A stretch of DNA of 47,397 nucleotides from an uncultured Clostridia bacterium (GTDB lineage Bacteria; Bacillota; Clostridia; TANB77; CAG-508): the NCBI GenBank assembly GCA_944386665.1, contig CALXBZ010000002.1, forward strand, positions 1 through 47,397, in the 5' to 3' direction. This document shows, piece after piece, positions 24,396-35,116 of the stretch (position 1 is its first letter; each line of letters opens with the position of its first letter). The translations under genes and the position numbers were made by a program. The notes beneath the pieces are model-generated. The model was not told the DNA's origin. It saw only the letters and a list, made by a program, of their open reading frames with translations, and did not search any database.

Positions 24396-25508
24396 ATGAA
24401 AATTAACAAACTTAGTGCAATTGAAGCAATAGCTTTAATATTAATAGTTACAATTAATAGATTAGCTATAAATATTCCTCAAGCAATTTTAATATCTTGT
24501 GGCTCTTCTTCTATTTTAAATGCTGTATATATAAGTTTAATTACTATACTTTTAGTCTACCTTATTGTAAAAATATTTAAAAATTTTCCTAATTCGGACA
24601 TTATTGATGTTGCAGAGTTTCTTGGTAGCAAATTTTTAAAATATTTAATTGGTATAATTCTATTTATATATATAGTTGTAACATCTTCTTTATTTTTACG
24701 TGATTTTGTAGAAACAATCCATATTCTTTATTATACCGATACTCCTATTATTTATTTGCTAATATTTTTTATAGTTGTAAGTATTATTGCTAATTTTTTT
24801 GGAGATGAGAGTATTGCAAAAACAAACGTAATATTGTGTGCAATAATGGTAGTAAGTTTGTTAATAGCTTTTTCTTCAGTTATTCCCAATATCACTTTTC
24901 AAAGAGCTTTACCTATTTTAGGTTATGGCACATATACAACATTTTTTTCTGGGCTAACAAATATTTTTGCATTTAATGGTTTAATGGTTCTATTTTTAGT
25001 GCCTCCTATGCTAAATGATAAAAAAGATTTAAAAAAATCTAGTATGATTGCTGTATTTATAGCTACTATTTTAGTAATTCTTGCTACTGCTAGTATTCTT
25101 TTGGCTTTTGCATTTAGTACAAATATTTCTAAAATATCACCGTTATATATGCTATTATCCAATAACGAATTTGGTCAATATTTTCAGCATCCAGAATCTT
25201 TATTTGTCTTTACTTGGATTTTATCATTTATGAGCTATTTAAATATAAGTTGTATGTTATCAATTAATATTTGCAAAAAATTAGCTAGGGTTAAGAATGG
25301 AAAGCCATTTGCCATTTTAGTAAATATAATCATTTTAATAGTTGCCATTCTTCCCAAAAACATAATGCAAGTTCGTGAATTAGGAACTTATATATCTCAA
25401 TATGTTGGTACACCTATTACTTTCATTATATTTCCAATTATTTTAGCTTTTGCAAATTTAAAATATAAAAAATATAGAACAAATAACCATGATGTTTCTA
25501 AAGATTAA
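24396..25508 (+). CDS. Spore germination protein, B-subunit (APC-type permease-like)
   Basis: 370-aa ORF with 10 TM segments. It is the middle gene of an A-B-C germinant receptor operon. Confidence 0.85.
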   Translation: MKINKLSAIEAIALILIVTINRLAINIPQAILISCGSSSILNAVYISLITILLVYLIVKIFKNFPNSDIIDVAEFLGSKFLKYLIGIILFIYIVVTSSLFLRDFVETIHILYYTDTPIIYLLIFFIVVSIIANFFGDESIAKTNVILCAIMVVSLLIAFSSVIPNITFQRALPILGYGTYTTFFSGLTNIFAFNGLMVLFLVPPMLNDKKDLKKSSMIAVFIATILVILATASILLAFAFSTNISKISPLYMLLSNNEFGQYFQHPESLFVFTWILSFMSYLNISCMLSINICKKLARVKNGKPFAILVNIIILIVAILPKNIMQVRELGTYISQYVGTPITFIIFPIILAFANLKYKKYRTNNHDVSKD

Positions 25509-25531
25509 TATTAAGAAGGGATTTATTAGCT

Positions 25532-26710
25532 ATGATTGCTTTCTCACATTTAAAAAAAGTTTTAATTATGTTTCTTGCGATATTTATTGTTATATTTTCC
25601 CTATCTGCACCGTATAGTACTGGCAATATAGACAAATTAGCATATGTTATTGCACTTGGTTTAGATGTTGGCGATAATAACGATTTAAGACTCAGTGTGC
25701 AGCTTTCTAAACCAGAAAATTCTTCAGGTGGTTCTTCTGGTAATTCATACGAAGAAATCACTAATTCTGTAAATTGTTCTTCTATTGATGAAGGAATAAG
25801 TTTATTAAACAGTTATATAAGCAGGCGAATTAATTTATCTCATTGTAAAGTTTTAGTAATATCTGAAGAACTCGCCTCAAAAGGAATCTCAGATTATATA
25901 TATACTTTATTTAATAACACTGGAATGAGTGCACATGCAAGTATGATAGTTAGCAAGATTCCTGCATATGAATTCTTAGATATTTCAAAGCCAGAACTTG
26001 AAAGTTTACTTTCAAGATATTATGAGTCTTCACTTGTATCAAATGAATATACTGCATATATACAAAATGTGTCTTTAATAAAATTCTTCTCAGACTCTGT
26101 AGATTCTTTTACTCAACCAGTTGCAGTTCTTGGCTCCATGTCGGATTTACCTATCCAATCTTCAAACAATACAGAAAAGATGGGGCTTGCTGTATTTAGA
26201 TATGATAAGTTAGTTGGAGAATTAAATGGTCTAGAAACAATTTGCCATATGATAATTTCTAATGAGCTAAAGAGCTGCACTATAAGCATTCCTAACCCTT
26301 TAGGTGATTCAGAAACTATTGATCTTATAATAAAATTAAATAATAATTGTAAAAATGGTGTTGATATTGTTAATGGTACACCACATATATCCTCTAAAAT
26401 AAAAATTAATGCTAAAATAACTTCTACAACTAAAGAATCAACTGTTGATTCCACTAACTATTATAAAAAAGAAAATACTGAATTAATAGAAAGTGCTTGC
26501 AATGAATATTTAGAAAAAAATATAATTAATTATTTATATAAAACTTCTAAAAATTATCAGTCAGATATTGATGGTTTTGGAAAGTATGCTGTAAAATATT
26601 TCTATACTATTCAAGATTGGGAAGAATATAATTGGCTTGAAAATTATCATAATAGTATATTTAATGTAGATGTAGAAACAACATTAAAGTCAGGTTATAG
26701 TTTTTTATAA
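25532..26710 (+). CDS. Spore germination protein, Ger(x)C-family subunit (no lipobox cysteine)
   Basis: 392-aa ORF with the Ger(x)C-type pattern after the signal segment (IDKLAYVIALGLDVG...ISRRINLSHCKVLVISEELA...). The N-terminal hydrophobic segment contains no Cys. Confidence 0.8.
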   Translation: MIAFSHLKKVLIMFLAIFIVIFSLSAPYSTGNIDKLAYVIALGLDVGDNNDLRLSVQLSKPENSSGGSSGNSYEEITNSVNCSSIDEGISLLNSYISRRINLSHCKVLVISEELASKGISDYIYTLFNNTGMSAHASMIVSKIPAYEFLDISKPELESLLSRYYESSLVSNEYTAYIQNVSLIKFFSDSVDSFTQPVAVLGSMSDLPIQSSNNTEKMGLAVFRYDKLVGELNGLETICHMIISNELKSCTISIPNPLGDSETIDLIIKLNNNCKNGVDIVNGTPHISSKIKINAKITSTTKESTVDSTNYYKKENTELIESACNEYLEKNIINYLYKTSKNYQSDIDGFGKYAVKYFYTIQDWEEYNWLENYHNSIFNVDVETTLKSGYSFL

Positions 26711-26741
26711 CTCTATTAGAAATAAAATTGTATCTTTAAAT

Positions 26742-26793
26742 ACAAAAATGTAGAGAAATTCGCGTTTATGCTTTTTCTCTACATTTGTTTTTC
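26742..26793. terminator. Bidirectional terminator between the convergent ger operon and ftsH
   Basis: AAATGTAGAGAAA (26746-26758) pairs with TTTCTCTACATTT (26774-26786): a 13-bp stem flanked by an A-run upstream and a T-run downstream. Confidence 0.7.
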
Positions 26794-26809
26794 TAAAATT
26801 ATATTTATT

Positions 26810-28717
26810 TTATTCAAATAGTTTTTCAAATTCTTCTGCTGATATTACTTCTTTCTCTATTAGCAATGCTGCCAACTCATGTAGTTTGTCTATGTGTTGT
26901 ACTAATATTGCTTGAGCCTGTGCATAAGCATTATCCATTAAAGCTTTTACTTCTTTTCCTATTGCATTCTCCATGCTTTCTCCAAACAATTGCATTTGGT
27001 AAGGATCTTTTTCTAAGTTTATGCTTAATGGCCCAATATTATCGCTCATTCCATATATTGTTACCATATTTTTTGCGATATCAGTTGCAACTTCTAAATC
27101 ATTACTTGCACCAGTTGATATATCTTTTAATATTAATTTTTCTGAAGCTCTTCCTCCAAGTAACGCAATTAACTTCTCTAGCATTTCTGTTTTAGATATA
27201 TAATATTTATCTTCATTTGTTTTATACATAGTATATCCTCCAGCTATGCCTCTTGGAATTATTGATACTTCTTTAATATCTTTTTGAGTCTGTAAAAATC
27301 GGCTTACTATAGCATGTCCAGCTTCATGATAAGCTGTTAATCTTTTATCTTTTTCAGACATTATTCTGCTATGCTTTTCAACTCCAACTGTTACCTTTTT
27401 CAATGCATCATCTATGTCTTTATTTGTTATGGCCTTTTCTTTATTTATTGTAGCAATTATTGCAGCTTCGTTCAAAATGTTTTCTAACTCTGCACCTGTA
27501 AATCCAGCTGTATCTCCTGCTATAGCTTTTAAGTCTACATCATCTGCTAGCTTTTTATCTCTAGCATGTATCTTTAGAATTGCTTCTCTTCCATTCATAT
27601 CTGGAAGTCCAATTGTTATTTGTCTGTCAAATCTTCCAGGTCTTAATAGTGCTTTATCAAGCATATCCGGTCTGTTTGTTGCTGCTAATAATATTATAGT
27701 ATGCTCAGAATCAAATCCGTCCATTTCAACTAATAGCTGATTTAAAGTTTGGTTATTGTCATTATCTGCTGCTGTTGAACCATCACTTCTCTTTGAACCT
27801 ATTGCATCAATTTCATCTATGAATATTATTGCTGGAGACATTTTTTTAGCTTTGTCAAATAATTTTCTTACTCTTGAAGCTCCAAGTCCTGCAAACATTT
27901 CTGTAAATTCAGAACCACTCATTGATATAAATGGTACATTTGCTTCTCCTGCTATAGCTCTTGCAATTAATGTTTTTCCAGTTCCAGGCTGTCCACATAG
28001 TAAAACTCCCTTTGGAATTTTTGCTCCCATTTTATAGAATTCATCAGGATTTTTTAGAAAATTGACAATTTCTATCATTTCTTGTTTTTCTTCATCTAGA
28101 CCTGCAACATCATCAAATGTTGTTTTTGTGTCATTTTCGTCTGGTTCATATACTTTGCCTTTGTTTCCAAGTCCTTGCATTTGTATTAATAATCCAAAAA
28201 GAACTACCATAAGAATTGTTGGTAATAATGAAAAAGCTCTATCTGCAATTATTAAGAAGGTATTTGGTTTTACTTGAACTAACTCTATTTCATTTCCTTC
28301 TTGCGACTTTTCTTGAACTAGTTCTATAAATGCTTGTGTACTTGGTATAATACCTGTTTTTGGTTCTTCTTCTCCCTTTAGTGTAACTTCTACAGTTGTA
28401 CTTCCAACTGTCATTTTTATTTTTTCTACATTACCATCATTTATTTGTTTTATCAAATTTGTATACGAAATTTCGTCTTCTCCAATTACATTCTTGTCTT
28501 TATTTTCTTTTACTGTAGCAATTATTAAGCATGTAACTATGAATATAGATAATAAAGCTATTATAAGCCATAACACTAACTTTTTATTGTCATCTTTATT
28601 TTTTCTATTATTCTTATTATCGTTATCTTTATATTCTTCCTTATTATACTTTTTTCTATTTCTTTTTTTGTTTTTATTAAACTCTACTTCTTGTCTATCT
28701 TTTTTATTGTTTTTCAA
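26810..28717 (-). CDS. ftsH: ATP-dependent zinc metalloprotease FtsH
   Basis: 635-aa ORF with Walker A (GQPGTGKTLIARAIAGE), the SRH region and the zinc motif HEAGHAI. It also has an unusual N-terminal K/N/D-rich extension of about 45 aa. Confidence 0.95.
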   Translation of the reverse strand: MKNNKKDRQEVEFNKNKKRNRKKYNKEEYKDNDNKNNRKNKDDNKKLVLWLIIALLSIFIVTCLIIATVKENKDKNVIGEDEISYTNLIKQINDGNVEKIKMTVGSTTVEVTLKGEEEPKTGIIPSTQAFIELVQEKSQEGNEIELVQVKPNTFLIIADRAFSLLPTILMVVLFGLLIQMQGLGNKGKVYEPDENDTKTTFDDVAGLDEEKQEMIEIVNFLKNPDEFYKMGAKIPKGVLLCGQPGTGKTLIARAIAGEANVPFISMSGSEFTEMFAGLGASRVRKLFDKAKKMSPAIIFIDEIDAIGSKRSDGSTAADNDNNQTLNQLLVEMDGFDSEHTIILLAATNRPDMLDKALLRPGRFDRQITIGLPDMNGREAILKIHARDKKLADDVDLKAIAGDTAGFTGAELENILNEAAIIATINKEKAITNKDIDDALKKVTVGVEKHSRIMSEKDKRLTAYHEAGHAIVSRFLQTQKDIKEVSIIPRGIAGGYTMYKTNEDKYYISKTEMLEKLIALLGGRASEKLILKDISTGASNDLEVATDIAKNMVTIYGMSDNIGPLSINLEKDPYQMQLFGESMENAIGKEVKALMDNAYAQAQAILVQHIDKLHELAALLIEKEVISAEEFEKLFE

Positions 28718-28776
28718 TATTTTCTCCCTCCAAAATATTCTCTCATTAACATATATACATTATTTCGTGAAATATT

Positions 28777-29856
28777 TTATACATTGCTTCCTTCTGGTTT
28801 ATCTCCAATATCAGGTGATTTTTCTCTTTTTTTGCGTTCTTTTTCTTCTTTATTTTTCTGTTTTTGTTTTTCTGCTTCTTCCTTTTCTTTTTCGTCTTTT
28901 TCTTCTTTTTTTTGCTTTTCATACTCTATTTGTTCTCTAATTTGTTCTTGAACACTTTTTATTTTTTCTATTTCTTCTTTTCTTTTTATATAATCCGATT
29001 TAATTATAAGAATTGCAGTAATTATATAAATATATGATATTGCTGTATACATAAATTGGAAATATTTTATTGTATATCCTGTAATTCCATTAAATATTAC
29101 ATATAAAATATTCAATAGTAGTGGTAACGTAAGGGCATGTACACCCATACTAAAGCTAGCACTAAATTTAATTTTCATTCCAATTATTCTTGCTGTAATG
29201 TATCCTAATGCTCCTAACACTAAAGAATCTACTAAAATACTTGCAATATAAATAGAAAACATATAAATATATAATGTTATAAATAATGACGAATATATTC
29301 CAATTGTATTATTATTAAAATAATCTAATATTGATTGTTTATCTAGTGAATTAACTCCATAGCGTGCAAAAAAGTCTTTATATGATGTTTCAGATATTGT
29401 TGCTAGCATTTCAGTTTTTAATATCATTTTGTCTTTTAATAAAACAATCCCATTAGCTTCATTTTTCAAATTTTCTCTATATTCATTTATTTTTTCTTCA
29501 GTTAATTCTGACGTGTCAAATATTACCTTTCCTGTTATATAATTTTGACTATTAACTTCTAATTTTTCATTATTATTAACTTGTAAAATTCCATCTTCAT
29601 ATATTAATGAACTTACATTTTCGTCAAAGTATGCTAAAGCATTATTTAGAGAATTGGAGAATTTATACATTGCCATTATTGTCACTGTCAAAGTAAAAAT
29701 TGCAACAATTTTTATTAAATATTTTGATGTTTTTCCTATTCCTTCAAGACCAAAATCTTCATATTTTTCAAAACTTTTTATACTCTTTAATACGTTTTTA
29801 AAAAATCCTTCTTTCTTTACTTTCTTTTTTTCTTCACCGTTTATCTCTGACATCAT
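28777..29856 (-). CDS. DUF1189-like polytopic membrane protein with a Lys/Glu-rich C-terminal tail
   Basis: 359-aa ORF. The N-terminus GFFKNVLKSIKSFEKYEDFGLEGIGKTSKYLIKIVAIF and the TM layout resemble DUF1189. About the last 60 aa are KE-rich low complexity. Confidence 0.5.
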   Translation of the reverse strand: MMSEINGEEKKKVKKEGFFKNVLKSIKSFEKYEDFGLEGIGKTSKYLIKIVAIFTLTVTIMAMYKFSNSLNNALAYFDENVSSLIYEDGILQVNNNEKLEVNSQNYITGKVIFDTSELTEEKINEYRENLKNEANGIVLLKDKMILKTEMLATISETSYKDFFARYGVNSLDKQSILDYFNNNTIGIYSSLFITLYIYMFSIYIASILVDSLVLGALGYITARIIGMKIKFSASFSMGVHALTLPLLLNILYVIFNGITGYTIKYFQFMYTAISYIYIITAILIIKSDYIKRKEEIEKIKSVQEQIREQIEYEKQKKEEKDEKEKEEAEKQKQKNKEEKERKKREKSPDIGDKPEGSNV

Positions 29857-29915
29857 AAATTCTCCTTTTTAAAGCTATTTTTTATTTTTACTTTTTATTT
29901 TATTTAAAAAACACC

Positions 29916-31331
29916 TTATTTTTCCTTCTCTACTATTATTCCATCTTTAGTGTCTTTTATGCTATAGCCTTTTGCTATTATTATATCTCTCAATTCATCA
30001 GATTTTGACCAATTCTTATTAAGTCTTGCTTGTGTTCTTTCTTCTACAAGTTTTTTTACATCTTCTGGCAAATCTTCATTATTTTGCGTCTTATCAAACT
30101 CAGCTAAATATCTTTGAGCATTTTTTATATCTAGACCTAATACTTTATCAAGTTCTAATAATAATTCTGCAAATTTATTTGATTTTTTGGCGTTTCTTGC
30201 AATTTCCCATATTACGCTCATAGCTCCTGGCATATTCATATCATCGTTTATATATGTTTCAAATTTTTGTTTATATTCTTCTATTATGGCGTTTTCAACA
30301 TTATCAGTCCCATTTAAATTCTTTAGATAAGCATCATATAATCTTTCTAGCGCCTTTTGTGCTCCTGCAGCTCCATCGAAAGTGAAATTTAATTTATTTC
30401 TATAATGTGCCGTAAAGCAAAACAATTTATACGCAAGTGGTGATATTCCTTTTTCCTGTAATTGAGAGATTGTGTAGGTATTTCCTAAACTCTTTGACAT
30501 TTTTCCGCCATCTACCAATAAGTATTCGCAATGTAACCATGTCCTTGCTGGTATCTTTGCTGTTGCACCTTTAGCTTGAGCTATTTCATTTTCATGATGT
30601 GTAGGAATATGATCTACTCCTCCTGTATGAATGTCAAATTCTTCACCTAAAAATCTTCTGCCCATTGCCGAACACTCTAAGTGCCATCCAGGATACGATA
30701 GTCCCCAAGGGCTTTCCCATTTCATAATGTGATTTGCTGGTGCTTTAATCCACAATGCGAAATCATATGGATTTTTTTTCTCTAAATCTACGTCCACTCT
30801 TGCCCCTGCAATTTGTTCTTCCAGCTTTCTATTTGATAATACTGGATATTTATCTAATTTAGATATGTCAAAATAGATGCCTTTACTAGTTTCATATGCA
30901 TATCCATTTTTTATAATTTCTTGAACATATTCTATCATTTGATTTATATTTTCAGTTGCTTTTGTTACTATTTCTGGCTTATCTATATTTAGTTTTTCCA
31001 TATCTTTAAAGAAAATTTCTGTATAATATTCAGCTATTTCATATGGTTTTTTGTTTTCTTTCCTTGCAGCTTTTTCCATTTTATCTTCGCCTTCATCAGC
31101 GTCAGATTCTAAATGTCCTACATCAGTTATGTTCATTACATGTTTTAACTCGTATCCGTTATATTTTAAGACTCTTCTTAATGTGTCCATGAATATGTAA
31201 GTCCTAAAATTTCCTATATGTGCATAGCTGTAGACCGTAGGTCCACAACTATACATTTTTACTTTATTGCTATTTATAGGTTTAAATTCTTCCTTTTGTT
31301 TTGTAAGCGTATTATAAAAAGTTAATTTCAT
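29916..31331 (-). CDS. cysS: Cysteine--tRNA ligase
   Basis: HIGH-type motif (YAHIGNFRTY) and KMSKS motif (GKMSKSLGN). I prefer the ATG at 31331 (MKLTFYNTLT...) over the track start at 31358. Confidence 0.93.
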   Translation of the reverse strand: MKLTFYNTLTKQKEEFKPINSNKVKMYSCGPTVYSYAHIGNFRTYIFMDTLRRVLKYNGYELKHVMNITDVGHLESDADEGEDKMEKAARKENKKPYEIAEYYTEIFFKDMEKLNIDKPEIVTKATENINQMIEYVQEIIKNGYAYETSKGIYFDISKLDKYPVLSNRKLEEQIAGARVDVDLEKKNPYDFALWIKAPANHIMKWESPWGLSYPGWHLECSAMGRRFLGEEFDIHTGGVDHIPTHHENEIAQAKGATAKIPARTWLHCEYLLVDGGKMSKSLGNTYTISQLQEKGISPLAYKLFCFTAHYRNKLNFTFDGAAGAQKALERLYDAYLKNLNGTDNVENAIIEEYKQKFETYINDDMNMPGAMSVIWEIARNAKKSNKFAELLLELDKVLGLDIKNAQRYLAEFDKTQNNEDLPEDVKKLVEERTQARLNKNWSKSDELRDIIIAKGYSIKDTKDGIIVEKEK

Positions 31332-31431
31332 ATATGCTTCTTCCTTTCTAATTTGCACTTATGACATACACATTATTTTCTTATATTTCTATTTCACTGT
31401 TATTTTCGTTAACTATGTGCATTATGGTGTA

Positions 31432-34161
31432 CTAGACAACTTTATTTTCAGTATCAACATTGTTATCTATTGTATTATTGCCACCAGCTGTGTTTCCATC
31501 AACTGTATTTCCATCATCTATTTCGTTTTCACTACCATCATCATTTTTACCTTTACTTACAGTAATAGTTACACTATCTCCATCTGAAAGTTTGCTTCCT
31601 TCTTTTTTACTTTGTTTTATTACTGTTCCCTCTTTTTTTGATGACTCTTCTGTTTCAACTACAACTTTTAATTTTAAATCTTTCAAAATTTTCATTGCTT
31701 CATCTTTAGTTTTTCCAACTACATTTGGCATTAGCACTTCTTTTTTAGTATGTACATTACAAGTTTCTGTTGGCATATCATACTTTTCTTCATTACTTGT
31801 ACGCCATGATGTTGTATCTTCTTTTTCTGGTTTCTTAGTATACATTTTTTCTTCTGTATTCTTACAAAATTCTGTAGCTATTTTTCCTGTTTCTGTACAT
31901 ATTGTCAATTTTTCGTGACCTTCACAATCTCCTGGTACTGTTCCTTTTACAAAATATTCAGTATAAGTGTTAGTACAAGCTTCTACAGCGACCTTTCCTG
32001 AGTCTTTACAAATTTTAGCTGAAACTATATTACTTGGTTTTTCAAAAGTAGCACTTGGTAAATCTTCATGTACCATTTTCATTACTGATGCCCATAGCCT
32101 TGCAGCTCTATTTGTACTATTTGCTCCTGCATAATATAAATTTTCTGCTATATCAAATCCATACCAAGTAGCTGCAGTATAGTAATTTGTAAATCCACAG
32201 AACCATCTATCGTGATTTTTGTCTGTTGTTCCTGTTTTACCTGCGGCGTCTTGACCAGATATTCTACAATATGGTGCAGTTCCGTCTCCATCTTCTATTG
32301 GTCCTTTTAATATAGATTTTAATATATAGGCATTTCCTTCAGAAATAACTCTAGTTTTTTCTTGTTCTGGTTCCAAAATAACATTTCCTTGTTCGTCTTC
32401 AACTCTTGTATAAAATGTTGGAGTTATATGCATTCCATCATTTGCAATTGTTGCATAAGCTTCTGCCATTTCTAATGGAGTTATACCAATTGTAACTCCT
32501 CCAAGTACAAGAGGTAAGTTCTCGTCATTATGTTCTGGATTTTCGCTACTTTTAACTAATGTTGATATTCCTAATTTTCTCATGAAGTCTATGGAATTTC
32601 CTGGTCCTACTTCTGATAAAATTTTAACATTAACAGTATTTGCCGAAAAAGCTATTGCTTTTCTTACAGTAACTAAATCAAAACCAGAATGTGGATTTGG
32701 CGAATATGATCTAGAAAAAGAAGTCCTTGATTCGTCATACACAGTTGCTGCTGTTATTATACCTGCTTCTAAAGCTGGTGCAACCGCCGCCAATGGTTTT
32801 ATTGAAGATCCTGGTTGTCTTTTAGCCTGTGTAGCTCTATTTTGTCCATTTGAATCTACATCATCTCCAAGACCTCCCATACATCCTACTACATTTCCTG
32901 TTTTATGATCTATTAGAACCATTGCAGATTGTGTATGTCCTTCATTTACTTTACTTCCATCTTTATTTTCAGCTACTCCTTCATAAATATGGTCACCACT
33001 TCTATATATTTCTTCCATTCCTGATTGAATTTTAGAATCTTGTGTTGTGTATATTTTATATCCGCCACCTTCTATAAAAGTTTTGGCACTATCTACGCTA
33101 ATATTGTTTTTATTAGCATAATCTTGTATTATTTGGTTTAAAGCTGCTCTTGCTAAATATGACATTGTAGAAGTTGTTGAAGTATTTCCTTTTTCAAACT
33201 TTAATCCTTGTTCTACTTCTGCTTTTGCAGCCTCATATTCTTCATTATTGATTTTTCCTAATTCGTTCATTTTATTTAAAACTGTATTTGTTCTCTTTTT
33301 TATTAGTTCTGTATTTGGATTTTCTTTGAATGGATTATATGTATTAGGAGAATGGTTTATTCCTGCTAAGAAAGCACATTCTGCTAATTCTAAATCTCCA
33401 ACAGATTTATTAAAATAATATCTTGCACCAAGAGCTACTCCACATAGATTTCCTTCTCCACCAACAAATATTGTGTTCAAGTATAATTCTAATATTTGGT
33501 CTTTTGAAAGTACTTGTTCGGTTTTATATGCTCTTGATATTTCTCTTATTTTTCTTTTTATACCTGCAACACCTGAATCGTCATCATCCTTCATTAAATT
33601 TTTGATTAATTGTTGCGTAATTGTACTTCCTCCATAAGAAGATTTACCTTTATTTAATATATATGTAACGGTTGCTCCAAATGTTCTTTTTATATCTACG
33701 CCTTTATGTTTTTCGAATCTTTCATCTTCGATTGCTATATATGCGTCTTTAAGTTGTTTTGGCATTTCATCTAATGTTACTATTCTTCTTTTTTCTTCTC
33801 CTGAAACATTGGCAATTTCAACACCATCTTTATCATATATTATAGTATCAATGTTACTAATTTTTAATTTTGATACGTCCCATTCGTCATTTTTTAATAA
33901 TGCAACCAATATTCCTGCACCTGCTATGGCTAATAGCAGAATTAGTACAAAGATTATTTTTATAAATATAGCTAATTTACGATGTCTTTTCCAAAAGCCT
34001 TCTTTTTTTCCTTTTTTATTTGTTTCTTTGCTTTTATCTGTACTTTTATTACTATTTTTTTTGCTTGAGTCTTTTTCCTTATTATTTTCTACATTCTTGT
34101 ATGAATTTTTCTTTATATCTTTACTGTTTGATTTAGCACCTTTATGCTTTTGTTTTCCCAT
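31432..34161 (-). CDS. Class A penicillin-binding protein (glycosyltransferase plus transpeptidase) with a C-terminal PASTA domain
   Basis: 909-aa ORF with GT51 motifs (EDERFEKHKGVD, RKIRE), transpeptidase motifs SxxK (GSSIKP), SxN (FSANT) and KTG (GKTGTT), and a PASTA-like segment (MPNVVGKTKDEAMKILKDLKLKVVV...). Both termini are low complexity. Confidence 0.9.
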   Translation of the reverse strand: MGKQKHKGAKSNSKDIKKNSYKNVENNKEKDSSKKNSNKSTDKSKETNKKGKKEGFWKRHRKLAIFIKIIFVLILLLAIAGAGILVALLKNDEWDVSKLKISNIDTIIYDKDGVEIANVSGEEKRRIVTLDEMPKQLKDAYIAIEDERFEKHKGVDIKRTFGATVTYILNKGKSSYGGSTITQQLIKNLMKDDDDSGVAGIKRKIREISRAYKTEQVLSKDQILELYLNTIFVGGEGNLCGVALGARYYFNKSVGDLELAECAFLAGINHSPNTYNPFKENPNTELIKKRTNTVLNKMNELGKINNEEYEAAKAEVEQGLKFEKGNTSTTSTMSYLARAALNQIIQDYANKNNISVDSAKTFIEGGGYKIYTTQDSKIQSGMEEIYRSGDHIYEGVAENKDGSKVNEGHTQSAMVLIDHKTGNVVGCMGGLGDDVDSNGQNRATQAKRQPGSSIKPLAAVAPALEAGIITAATVYDESRTSFSRSYSPNPHSGFDLVTVRKAIAFSANTVNVKILSEVGPGNSIDFMRKLGISTLVKSSENPEHNDENLPLVLGGVTIGITPLEMAEAYATIANDGMHITPTFYTRVEDEQGNVILEPEQEKTRVISEGNAYILKSILKGPIEDGDGTAPYCRISGQDAAGKTGTTDKNHDRWFCGFTNYYTAATWYGFDIAENLYYAGANSTNRAARLWASVMKMVHEDLPSATFEKPSNIVSAKICKDSGKVAVEACTNTYTEYFVKGTVPGDCEGHEKLTICTETGKIATEFCKNTEEKMYTKKPEKEDTTSWRTSNEEKYDMPTETCNVHTKKEVLMPNVVGKTKDEAMKILKDLKLKVVVETEESSKKEGTVIKQSKKEGSKLSDGDSVTITVSKGKNDDGSENEIDDGNTVDGNTAGGNNTIDNNVDTENKVV

Positions 34162-34307
34162 AAAATGCTCCTCCTTATATTCATTTTATTTCATGGAACA
34201 ATTATATTACATATTTGAATAAAAGTAAAAGCTTTTTGTAAAAATAATTGTTTATTAGTTAATATTTTTAAAATTGAGCTTAGTAATAAAATGTTATATA
34301 TTAGAAA

Positions 34308-34961
34308 TCATGCATAATCTTCTAATATGTCATTAATATTAGTTACAATCTTTGCCCCTTGTTTTATTAGTTCATTTGTACCTTCTGTATTTGTTCTAGT
34401 AATATCTCCAGGTATTGCATATATATTTTTTCCTTGTTCTAGTGCAAAGTCCACCGTTATTAAAGTTCCACTTTTTTGTTTTGCTTCTATGACTAAAACA
34501 CCATCAGCCAGTCCACTAATTATTCTATTTCTAGCTGGAAACGTATATTTACTTGGTTTAGTTCCAGTTTTGTATTCACTTATTATTAGTCCATTATTTT
34601 TTATAATTTGCTCTTCCAATTTTTTATTTTCTGGAGGATAAACATAATCTAATCCGTTTCCAAGTACAGCAATAGTTTCTTTCTTCGCTATAATACATCC
34701 TTCATGAGAAAATGAGTCTATTCCTCTTGCTCCTCCACTAACTATTACTATTCCTTTTTTTGATAATTCATACGCAAATTTTCTAGATATTATTTTTCCA
34801 TATTGACTGTAATCTCTACATCCTATTATAGCTAGTTTTTTTCTAGCGTTTAGTAATTGTAAATTTCCTATACAAAACAAACATTGTGGTGGATCATATA
34901 TTCTCCTCAAACTTTCAGGATATTCTTTACTTTCCAAATTTATTTCTTTTATTTTAAGCAA
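34308..34961 (-). CDS. dprA: DNA-processing protein DprA (short form, Rossmann-like core only)
   Basis: 217-aa ORF with YPESLRRIYDPPQCLFCIGN and GGARGIDSFSHEG, characteristic of DprA. It has a TTG start and lacks the N- and C-terminal accessory domains. Confidence 0.85.
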   Translation of the reverse strand: MLKIKEINLESKEYPESLRRIYDPPQCLFCIGNLQLLNARKKLAIIGCRDYSQYGKIISRKFAYELSKKGIVIVSGGARGIDSFSHEGCIIAKKETIAVLGNGLDYVYPPENKKLEEQIIKNNGLIISEYKTGTKPSKYTFPARNRIISGLADGVLVIEAKQKSGTLITVDFALEQGKNIYAIPGDITRTNTEGTNELIKQGAKIVTNINDILEDYA

Positions 34962-35116
34962 AATATTAAGTCTTCTCCTTTATAATATTTAGGATTTATA
35001 AGGTTATCCTACTACCTTTTATAATATAAAAAATAGGAAAATAAAAGTAAATTTCTTTACCTGTTCCCCTATTTTCATTTTATTATTTATATATAATTTA
35101 TTTTTATATACAAGTT

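Noticed and set aside
25498-25761. Minus-strand 87-aa ORF spanning the gerB/gerC junction.
   Set aside because: It is antisense to two well-supported plus-strand genes, has no RBS and has an implausible composition.
28570-28960. A long polypyrimidine (plus-strand) tract. It encodes the Lys/Glu/Asn-rich tail of the DUF1189-like protein and the N-terminal extension of FtsH. Similar charged tails occur in YtfJ (about 41252-41470) and at the PBP termini.
   Set aside because: This is most simply compositional drift (AAR/GAR codon expansion) in a very AT-rich genome. It is noted as a lineage trait rather than a functional element.
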